Shown one piece after another: positions 25,689 through 32,000 of a stretch of DNA of 32,000 nucleotides. Source of the DNA: Caldivirga maquilingensis IC-167 (GTDB taxonomy: Archaea; Thermoproteota; Thermoprotei; Thermoproteales; Thermocladiaceae); the NCBI RefSeq assembly GCF_000018305.1, contig NC_009954.1:450001-482000 (forward strand), read 5' to 3'. The notes under the pieces are model-generated. The model made no database searches. It was not told where the DNA came from and saw only the letters and a list, made by a program, of their open reading frames with translations. Position numbers and translations under genes: made by a program. Positions within the stretch are counted from its first letter, which is position 1. Each line of letters starts with the position of its first letter.

Positions 25689-27182
25689 ATGCTAAACGTG
25701 AATGACAGTAGGGTTAAGGAGATACTGAAGAAGTATGAACCAATCTGGGCCCTTGACCACGCATTAGCGTTAATGGGTTGGGATCTTGAAACCTACATGC
25801 CCAGGAGCGGTGTTGAGTATAGGGGTTTTGCAACATCTCAATTAATGCTGATGAGGCAGAAGCTGATGCTTGAGTTAGAGGGCTTAGTTAATAGTGTGGA
25901 TGAGGGGGGATTGAATGATTATGAAAAAGGCATTATAAGGGTGCTTAGGCATGAGTTAAAGTTCTACACTAAAATTCCACCAAGCCTAATAGAGGAGTTA
26001 AGTAAAACCACAACTAAGGCTTCAGTGGTTTGGAGAGAGGCTAAGGCTAAGGCAGACTTCAACATGTTTAAACCCCACTTAGGTAAAATAATTGAATTAA
26101 CAAGGCAGGTCGCGGATAAATTAGGCTACAGTGGCCATCCCTACAACGCGTTGCTTGACCTTTACGAGGAGAATTTAACCGTCAATGACCTGGACCCCCT
26201 CTTTAATAGGCTTGTCGGGGGCATTAGGCAGTTGATGAATAGGATTGATAGGGGAGTTTACCCTATTAAGCATGAGTTGGAGGAAACTAAGTATAATGTT
26301 GATGAGATGAGGATTATTAATGAGGAAGTGGCCTTCAATGTGCTTGGAATGCCGAGGGAGAGGTTCAGGATAGATACCTCAGCCCACCCCTTCACAGTAG
26401 GTGTAGCTCCAGGAGATGTTAGGATAACCACTAGGTATGAGGGGGTTGACTTTAAGGCGACATTATTCTCAGTAATACATGAGTCAGGGCATGCACTCTA
26501 CGAGCTTCAAATAGACGAGTCCCTAGCCTACACACCACTGGCCAGGGGTGCTTCAACTGGTTTTCATGAGTCTCAGTCAAGGTTCATGGAGAATGTGGTT
26601 GGTAGGAGCAGGTATTTCGTTAGGTTAATTTACCCAATCCTTAAGTCAAGGTTAAGCATACTTGGGAAGTTTAATGAGGATGATGTATACGGTTACTTCA
26701 ATGTTGTTAGGCCAAGTTTAATAAGGGTTGATGCCGATGAGGTAACGTACAACCTCCATATTGCCGTTAGGTATGAGTTAGAGAAGAAAATACTTGAGGG
26801 ATCCATGGAGGTAGGCGACTTACCTGAGGCTTGGAACACGTTAATGGAGAACTACCTAGGTGTGAGACCGAGGAATGATAGTGAGGGGGTTTTACAGGAC
26901 ATTCACTGGAGCCAGGGTTCAATAGGCTACTTCCCAACCTACACCCTCGGTAACGTGATTGCGGCAATAATACTGAGTAGGATTGAGAAGGAACTTGATT
27001 TCAGGAACTTGGTGGAGCATGGGCACCTGGATCCAATTAAGGATTGGTTAAGGGATAGGATACACAAGTGGGGTGCTGTGTATGAGCCTAAGGAGCTTTT
27101 GAGGAGGAGCCTAAATGAGGGATACAACCCAGAGCACCTACTTAATTACCTGGAAAGCAAGTACGTTAAGCAAACCTACTGA
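25689..27182 (+). CDS. M32 family metallocarboxypeptidase (carboxypeptidase Taq type)
   Basis: 'SAHPFTVG', zinc site 'VIHESGHALYE', 'GFHESQSRFMEN', 'IHWSQGSIGYFPTYTLGN'. 497 aa. Confidence 0.93.
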   Translation: MLNVNDSRVKEILKKYEPIWALDHALALMGWDLETYMPRSGVEYRGFATSQLMLMRQKLMLELEGLVNSVDEGGLNDYEKGIIRVLRHELKFYTKIPPSLIEELSKTTTKASVVWREAKAKADFNMFKPHLGKIIELTRQVADKLGYSGHPYNALLDLYEENLTVNDLDPLFNRLVGGIRQLMNRIDRGVYPIKHELEETKYNVDEMRIINEEVAFNVLGMPRERFRIDTSAHPFTVGVAPGDVRITTRYEGVDFKATLFSVIHESGHALYELQIDESLAYTPLARGASTGFHESQSRFMENVVGRSRYFVRLIYPILKSRLSILGKFNEDDVYGYFNVVRPSLIRVDADEVTYNLHIAVRYELEKKILEGSMEVGDLPEAWNTLMENYLGVRPRNDSEGVLQDIHWSQGSIGYFPTYTLGNVIAAIILSRIEKELDFRNLVEHGHLDPIKDWLRDRIHKWGAVYEPKELLRRSLNEGYNPEHLLNYLESKYVKQTY

Positions 27183-27234
27183 TGATTCAGTATGCCTTAA
27201 CTAACTCAAATTAAACCAAGTCCCCTAACATGGA

Positions 27235-28008
27235 TTAATTACCTGCCGCCATAATGCCTTTAACCTCATTAAGTACTAGGTCTAATGCCTCCGAGGCACT
27301 GCAATGCAGCACCACGTCCGCGTAGTCATCGTAATCAGTGGGTTCCAGGTTAATGATTATTAATCTACCACCATGCTCCTTAACCACGAGGGGTACGTAG
27401 GCTGCAGGATACACCGTTAATGATGAACCAACCACCAGGGCTACGTCACTTAAGGCAGCTATCTCAAGAGCCCTATTAATCTCATTAACTGGTTCACCGA
27501 AGAGAACCACATTGGGTCTAAGGATTCCACCGCATTTTGGGCACCTTGGAGGATTCTCACCCTCCTCATACTTTCTTAAGGCTAATGTAAACGGGTACTG
27601 GGTCTTACATCTCATGCAGTACACGGTTGTGTAGTTACCGTGAAGCTCGATTACATTGATTGATCCCGCTGATTGATGAAGATTATCAATGTTCTGAGTT
27701 ATCACGTACTTAATAATACCTAGCTTCTCCAATTCAGCTAACGCTAGGTGAGCCTTATTGGGTCTCGCATTATTAAGTACACGGAACCTCTCAATGTAGA
27801 ATTCCCAGAAGCCCTTGGGATCGGTGTTTAGGTAATCAATGGATGCTAATGCTGGGTCAAACCTCCTCCAAAGACCCTGAGGACCCCTGAAGTCTGGTAT
27901 ACCGCTTTCAGTACTTATACCAGCGCCAGTGAATGCTATCGCATGTCTACTGCTAGTAAGTATCACTGCAGCCTTCCTACCACCTTCTAAGCATTCCCCA
28001 TTACCCAT
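27235..28008 (-). CDS. cobB: NAD-dependent protein deacylase, Sir2 family (class with Zn ribbon)
   Basis: 'AFTGAGISTESGIPDFRGPQGLW', 'TQNIDNLH', catalytic His 'IELHGN', Zn-binding 'CMRC...CPKCGG', 'VVGSSLTVYPA'. Confidence 0.95.
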   Translation of the reverse strand: MGNGECLEGGRKAAVILTSSRHAIAFTGAGISTESGIPDFRGPQGLWRRFDPALASIDYLNTDPKGFWEFYIERFRVLNNARPNKAHLALAELEKLGIIKYVITQNIDNLHQSAGSINVIELHGNYTTVYCMRCKTQYPFTLALRKYEEGENPPRCPKCGGILRPNVVLFGEPVNEINRALEIAALSDVALVVGSSLTVYPAAYVPLVVKEHGGRLIIINLEPTDYDDYADVVLHCSASEALDLVLNEVKGIMAAGN

Positions 28009-28088
28009 AATTATGAGTGGTGATTACCTTGATTTAAGTATTTCATTGCTAGGTAATACTTTAATACGTTATAATTAACCTAAAACTC

Positions 28089-28730
28089 ATGGTTAAGCCC
28101 ACTTTTAATGCAGGTGATAAGTTAGTCTTCATAGGTGATAGTATAACTGATAGTGGTAGGAGGGATGCAGCTCCTCCTCTGGGTAATGGTTATGTAGCCT
28201 TCTTTAAGGATATTGTTGATTCACAGCACCCTGAACTAATGCTTAATGTAATTAATAAAGGTATTAGCGGTAATACTATACGTGACCTTAAGGAGAGGTG
28301 GGAGGATGATGTGATTTCACTTAAGCCGAGGCTTGTTTCAGTGCTAATAGGTATTAATGATGCCCACAGGTTCCTGGGGGGTGACTTAGGGTTATCTCCT
28401 GATGATTACTATAAAATGTACAGTGAGGTGCTTGACTTAACAATTAAGAGAATTAACCCGGTGATACTGTTGATTGCGCCATTCTATGTGAGTAAGGCTA
28501 ATGAGTTAGACACCTTTAGGAGGAAGGTGCTTCAACTGGTATCCGAGTACGTTAAGAGGGTTGAGAGGCTTAGCGCCGAGTACTCGACACTATTCATTAA
28601 TCTTCATGAGGAGTTTCAAGCGAGGTTAAGTTACATTGAGCCTGAGGCTCTAGCCCCTGATGCAGTTCACCCAACTAGGAAGGGGCACATGCTCATTGCG
28701 TTAAAGATCTATGATAAGCTTCTTAGTTAA
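28089..28730 (+). CDS. SGNH/GDSL-family hydrolase (esterase/lipase-like)
   Basis: Block I 'FIGDSITDSG', block III 'GINDA', block V 'DAVHPT'. Confidence 0.85.
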   Translation: MVKPTFNAGDKLVFIGDSITDSGRRDAAPPLGNGYVAFFKDIVDSQHPELMLNVINKGISGNTIRDLKERWEDDVISLKPRLVSVLIGINDAHRFLGGDLGLSPDDYYKMYSEVLDLTIKRINPVILLIAPFYVSKANELDTFRRKVLQLVSEYVKRVERLSAEYSTLFINLHEEFQARLSYIEPEALAPDAVHPTRKGHMLIALKIYDKLLS

Positions 28731-28735
28731 CGTAT

Positions 28736-29899
28736 TTACCAATTAACCTTAGCCCTCTCCTCAATTATTGTTTTATAGAGTTCATAAGTTTTCTTAGCTA
28801 TAATATCCCAAGTGTACCCCTTCATTATCGTTCCCCTAGCCTCATTAGCTAACCTACGGGCTAAGCCCTCATCCTTAAGCAGCATCTCGGCGTAGTAGGC
28901 TATTTCATCAGGGTTATCTGGGTTGATTAATACCCCATTCTCCATATGTCTAATGAAGTCCGTTGGCCCACCCCTATTAGTTGCTATTAATGGTTTACCA
29001 AGCGCCATGGCCTCAAGTGCACTTATACCGAATGGCTCATATCTACTTGGCAATATGACTAGATTTGAGTGAGCTATTATGCTGTATAACTCATCGTCAC
29101 TCACCTTACCTGTGAAGTAAACCTTACTACCTAACCCAAGTTGATTAGCCAGGTTAACTAAGTACTCCCTCATCGGCCCATCACCAATTATTACGAGTTT
29201 AATGTTACTCATCCTGCTCATTAACTTGGCGAAAGCCCTAATCACAGAGTCAGGACCCTTCTCGTAAACTAACCTACCGTAGAACACTATTAGTAATTCC
29301 CAGGGGTAAGCGTACCTGGAGCGGTCGTACTTAGGCTTAAAGCTGAGTAGCGCCTTATCTATGCCGTTAGGTATCATAACTATTTTATCATCAGGCACAC
29401 CGAAGACGCTCTTCACCTCATTGGCCATGTAGTTGCTGCAGACTATGATCTTCCATGCCTCATAGGCAAGTAACCACTCCCACTCATGAATATGCTTGGA
29501 CTCAAGGCTATGCAATCCACCCCTCCTGCCGTATTCCGTGGCGTGTATTGTGGCTATTAAGGGTATCTTAAACCTATGCTTAAGCACAATACCTGCCGGT
29601 GCAGTTAACCAGTCGTGAACGTGAATTGCATCAACCTCACTTATGTGGCTTAAATCCATCATCATGAATATGTTGAAGGAGTGAACCCATGATGAGAAGT
29701 CAGGTACCCTAACCTTGAATGCGTCGATTAAATGCACGTTAACACCCTCATCAATAACGTGGGTGTCTTCATAACCCACAGTGGCTACATCAATATTAAC
29801 ACCCAGTTTAATGAGCTCATGGGTTATGTAGTACACGTGCCTACCTAAGCCACCAACTATGTGTGGTGGGTACTCCCAGGAAAGATGAAGTACCCTCAT
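28736..29899 (-). CDS. GT-B fold glycosyltransferase, family 4 (group 1)
   Basis: 'MRVLHLSWEYPPHIVGGLGRHV', 'ATIHATEYGR', C-terminal domain 'ILPSRYEPFGISALEAMALGKPLIATNRGGPTDFI' (E-x7-E region). Confidence 0.88.
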   Translation of the reverse strand: MRVLHLSWEYPPHIVGGLGRHVYYITHELIKLGVNIDVATVGYEDTHVIDEGVNVHLIDAFKVRVPDFSSWVHSFNIFMMMDLSHISEVDAIHVHDWLTAPAGIVLKHRFKIPLIATIHATEYGRRGGLHSLESKHIHEWEWLLAYEAWKIIVCSNYMANEVKSVFGVPDDKIVMIPNGIDKALLSFKPKYDRSRYAYPWELLIVFYGRLVYEKGPDSVIRAFAKLMSRMSNIKLVIIGDGPMREYLVNLANQLGLGSKVYFTGKVSDDELYSIIAHSNLVILPSRYEPFGISALEAMALGKPLIATNRGGPTDFIRHMENGVLINPDNPDEIAYYAEMLLKDEGLARRLANEARGTIMKGYTWDIIAKKTYELYKTIIEERAKVNW

Positions 29900-30474
29900 T
29901 TAACCACCACCCTGGCTAACTCATCAATTGTTGGTACGTAGTCGGCGTTTATATTGAACCTATTCTTAAAATAATCCACAGTCCTCTGCTTAAGCCCATA
30001 AACCCTATCACACTGCCTAAAAACCCACCCCTCAATGCTTGCTATTGATGAACTAATAATATTTCCATCAGGGTCACCACGTTCATACTCTGTGGAAAGC
30101 GCTATGCAGTTAACATCAGCGTTTAGGCAGCATGGTTGAGTAACCTTAGCCAGTAACCCCATTACACAACCACCCCACTCGAAGCATATTACTTTATTGA
30201 ATTCACCATTAACCCTATACCTCATGTTAGCTATGACTTGTACTGATGAACTGAGGCCGTACGACACCACGTTTGGGTAATCCTTAATGGGCAGGTCAAA
30301 GTTAATAACCTTAATGCCGTCAAAATCCGGGGTTTGGCCACCTCCCTGTGTAATAATTACTACTTCATGCCCCAGTGCCTTAAGGGCTGAGGAGACTGAT
30401 GCTACTAGGTATTGAAGATCAGTTAACGGTGAACCTATCCTAGGATACTCCCATGAAAATCCTATAATGCGCAT
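29896..30474 (-). CDS. GT4 N-terminal-domain-only paralogue (192 aa), function unknown
   Basis: Aligns by eye to the first half of the downstream GT4: 'MRIIGFSWEYPRIGSPL' against 'MRVLHLSWEYPPHIVGGL', and 'CIALSTEYERG' against 'LIATIHATEYGRRG'. It lacks the GGLG loop and the whole C-terminal nucleotide-sugar domain. Its stop overlaps the GT4 start (ATGA, 29896-29899). Confidence 0.6.
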   Translation of the reverse strand: MRIIGFSWEYPRIGSPLTDLQYLVASVSSALKALGHEVVIITQGGGQTPDFDGIKVINFDLPIKDYPNVVSYGLSSSVQVIANMRYRVNGEFNKVICFEWGGCVMGLLAKVTQPCCLNADVNCIALSTEYERGDPDGNIISSSIASIEGWVFRQCDRVYGLKQRTVDYFKNRFNINADYVPTIDELARVVVK

Positions 30475-30597
30475 TCATTAGCAAAATCTATAGCCCTTTT
30501 TAAAGGTTTAAGCAAAATAAATATGCTCATAGGGCTTTGTTAACGGTATTAAAGTACTGGTTTAAATCAATGAGTATTAACTCTATAATAGTATTGA

Positions 30598-31053
30598 TTA
30601 TTCAATAGCGACCTCAGCTGTATTATAACCTGGTAGTTTAGTTAAGTGAACCTGAAGTACACCATCCTTATAATACGCCTTAACGTCATCAAGCTTCACG
30701 TTAAACGGTAACTCAACCCTCCTATGTAGCTTATAGTTACTAAACCTCTCAAGCAGTACTGGTTTCCCAGTGGCAATATAGGCGGTGGGTTCAACATTAA
30801 CCTCAATGTAATTCATACCAATTCTAAGCTTAATCTGCTCCTTACGTACACCAGGCATGTCGAAGAGCACTATAACCTTATCCCCATCCTCATATATATC
30901 TATGGGTGGTTCCCTATCAATATCCTTACTACCTGTGACTACTAGACTACTTATTATCCTCCTCAGGGATTTCTCAAGTTCAGTGATTTCCCTACCTATG
31001 TTGGGTGGGTTATTAACTACCTGCTGCTCCTCCTTAACAATCTGAACCTCCAT
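30598..31053 (-). CDS. small heat shock protein, Hsp20/alpha-crystallin family
   Basis: 'PIDIYEDGDKVIVLFDMPGVRKEQIKLRI', 'HRRVELPFNVKLDDVKAYYKDGVLQVHLTK'. Confidence 0.93.
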   Translation of the reverse strand: MEVQIVKEEQQVVNNPPNIGREITELEKSLRRIISSLVVTGSKDIDREPPIDIYEDGDKVIVLFDMPGVRKEQIKLRIGMNYIEVNVEPTAYIATGKPVLLERFSNYKLHRRVELPFNVKLDDVKAYYKDGVLQVHLTKLPGYNTAEVAIE

Positions 31054-31109
31054 AATGTTTATTTAAACAGTGGTGGTAATAACCTCCTCGTTTAAAATAG
31101 GGCGCTGTG

Positions 31110-31178
31110 GTGTAATGTGTAATATTTAGGTGTAAGTTTTTAATATAAGTAAACGTTAATTATCAATTGGTAATTGAT
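31110..31178. promoter_or_regulatory. repeat motifs in the hsp20 / AbrB-PhoU divergent intergenic region
   Basis: GTGTAAT occurs at 31110-31116 and 31117-31123, and GTGTAAG at 31130-31136. There is an inverted repeat ATCAATT-ggt-AATTGAT at 31162-31178. All were read directly from the sequence. Confidence 0.3.
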
Positions 31179-31235
31179 TTAGGGTATTAAGCATAAAGTA
31201 TTTATAGGTGGGTGGGGTAGGTAATGTGACCTATA

Positions 31236-32000
31236 GTGGCGCTTGAGTCCGAGTCCAGGAGGATTCAATTAACAGGCGGCTCAACGTTAATAGTTTCGTT
31301 GCCTAAGGAGTGGGCTAGGCAATTAAACCTTCAACCAGGTGATGAGGTTGTACTACTGCCCCAGAGGGATATGTCACTTCTACTGGTTCCCAAGAAGGCT
31401 ATTAAACCATCCTACACTGAGGCTAAGATTGAGGTCACTGAGGAGCTGGCTAAGGGGGATAGGTTAACCAGGGTAACCCTAGGATACTACCTAGCCGGCT
31501 ACGATGTGTTTAGACTATTCTTTAACCAAAACGCTATAGGATTGAAGAAGGATATTAAGGATGTTGCCAGGAGGAAGCTGACTGGGGTTGAGATAGTTGA
31601 TGAGGGTAGGAACACGTTAACGCTTCAAAACCTCATAAACATACCCGGTGACATAAGTATAAGCGACATAGTGTTGAAGATTATTAGGGTTATTGAGAGT
31701 ATGCTGGATGATATTAAGGTTGCGTTAAACACAGTAGATAAGAATATCCTAGTCGACATAGTGGAGAGGGATAATGAGGTTGATAGGTTCTACTGGCTCC
31801 TTAACAGGATACTTAAGAAACTAACCACAAGCAGTTACTATGCCTCAATGTCAGGGATCAAGGATCCAAGAACAATACTTGACTACGCCTTAATAAATAA
31901 GTCACTGGAGAGGCTTTCAGACCACATAGTCCAGATAGCTAATGAACTAATACCGGTGGGTCAACAATACATTATGGGTATCCCCAAGGAGCAGAGGGAT
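31236..32000 (+). CDS. AbrB/SpoVT-domain + PhoU-domain regulator (archaeal phosphate-uptake-regulator-like), 3' end outside window
   Basis: Not in the ORF track because it has no stop within the window. The frame is open from GTG 31236 (preceded by TGA at 31227) to base 32000. N-terminus 'RRIQLTGGSTLIVSLPKEWARQLNLQPGDEVVLL' is an AbrB-type swapped hairpin, followed by PhoU-like helices 'IRVIESMLDDIKVAL...ERDNEVDRFYWLLNRILKKL'. Confidence 0.8.
   Translation, partial: MALESESRRIQLTGGSTLIVSLPKEWARQLNLQPGDEVVLLPQRDMSLLLVPKKAIKPSYTEAKIEVTEELAKGDRLTRVTLGYYLAGYDVFRLFFNQNAIGLKKDIKDVARRKLTGVEIVDEGRNTLTLQNLINIPGDISISDIVLKIIRVIESMLDDIKVALNTVDKNILVDIVERDNEVDRFYWLLNRILKKLTTSSYYASMSGIKDPRTILDYALINKSLERLSDHIVQIANELIPVGQQYIMGIPKEQRD

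Noticed and set aside
27235-28008. Sir2-domain protein as a possible NAD-depleting anti-phage defence effector (Thoeris/DSR/SIR2-HerA-like)
   Set aside because: It is a compact 257-aa canonical sirtuin with the Zn-ribbon cysteines (CxxC...CxxC) and the catalytic 'HG' motif. It has no fused sensor domain and no partner genes (HerA, pAgo, TIR). Its neighbours are housekeeping-type genes, so it is most simply the housekeeping protein deacetylase.
30475-30597. Possible small RNA or hairpin ('agccct' ... 'agggct') in the 123-bp spacer between the half-GT gene and hsp20
   Set aside because: The stem is only 6 bp, with a loop of about 35 nt in AT-rich DNA, and there are no C/D-box or H/ACA-like motifs. 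The spacer is better explained as the promoter and terminator region.
1-32000. Search by eye for tRNA or rRNA genes, CRISPR repeats, IS elements, integrases and long direct repeats marking an integrated element
   Set aside because: All intergenic regions are 206 bp or shorter and AT-rich, with no GC-rich tRNA-like stems, no repeat-spacer periodicity and no transposase or integrase ORFs. Without computational repeat detection I cannot exclude diverged or short repeats.

Overview
Gene-dense chromosomal segment with about 33 protein-coding genes. I found no tRNA or rRNA genes, CRISPR arrays, transposases or integrases. It looks archaeal, most likely a thermophilic crenarchaeon of the Thermoproteales type. 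That placement is inference from AglB/STT3, class III-signal pilins, a FlaI-like ATPase, an AbrB-PhoU regulator, AGG/AGA-rich Arg usage, an NDK with Pyrobaculum-like insertions, and TATA-like boxes about 25 nt upstream of start codons. Contents from left to right: (1) a truncated MBL-fold hydrolase. (2) An uncharacterised overlapping two-gene cassette with charge-complementary tails. (3) A type IV pilus-like locus with three prepilin-like genes, one of them 478 aa and sequon-rich, plus a T2SS-E ATPase flanked by two single-domain T2SS-F membrane proteins. The locus is interrupted by a YdiF-like CoA-transferase and a UbiD-family decarboxylase. (4) A short nuoA, nuoB-C fusion, nuoD cluster whose NuoD-like subunit appears to lack the canonical quinone-binding Tyr. 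(5) ndk. (6) A sugar/cyclitol-type cluster: an aldo-keto reductase, two translationally coupled Gfo/Idh/MocA + TIM-barrel pairs, and a third TIM-barrel gene. (7) NAD kinase overlapping a Nob1-like PIN gene. (8) aglB, etfBA, an M32 carboxypeptidase, Sir2, an SGNH hydrolase, a GT4 glycosyltransferase preceded by an N-terminal-half paralogue, hsp20, and a truncated AbrB-PhoU regulator missing from the ORF track. All product calls rest on motifs read by eye, since no database search was possible. The most interesting candidates are the pilus-like locus with its giant pilin-like protein and split platform, the atypical NuoABCD module, the duplicated oxidoreductase/TIM-barrel cluster, and the acidic/basic two-gene cassette.
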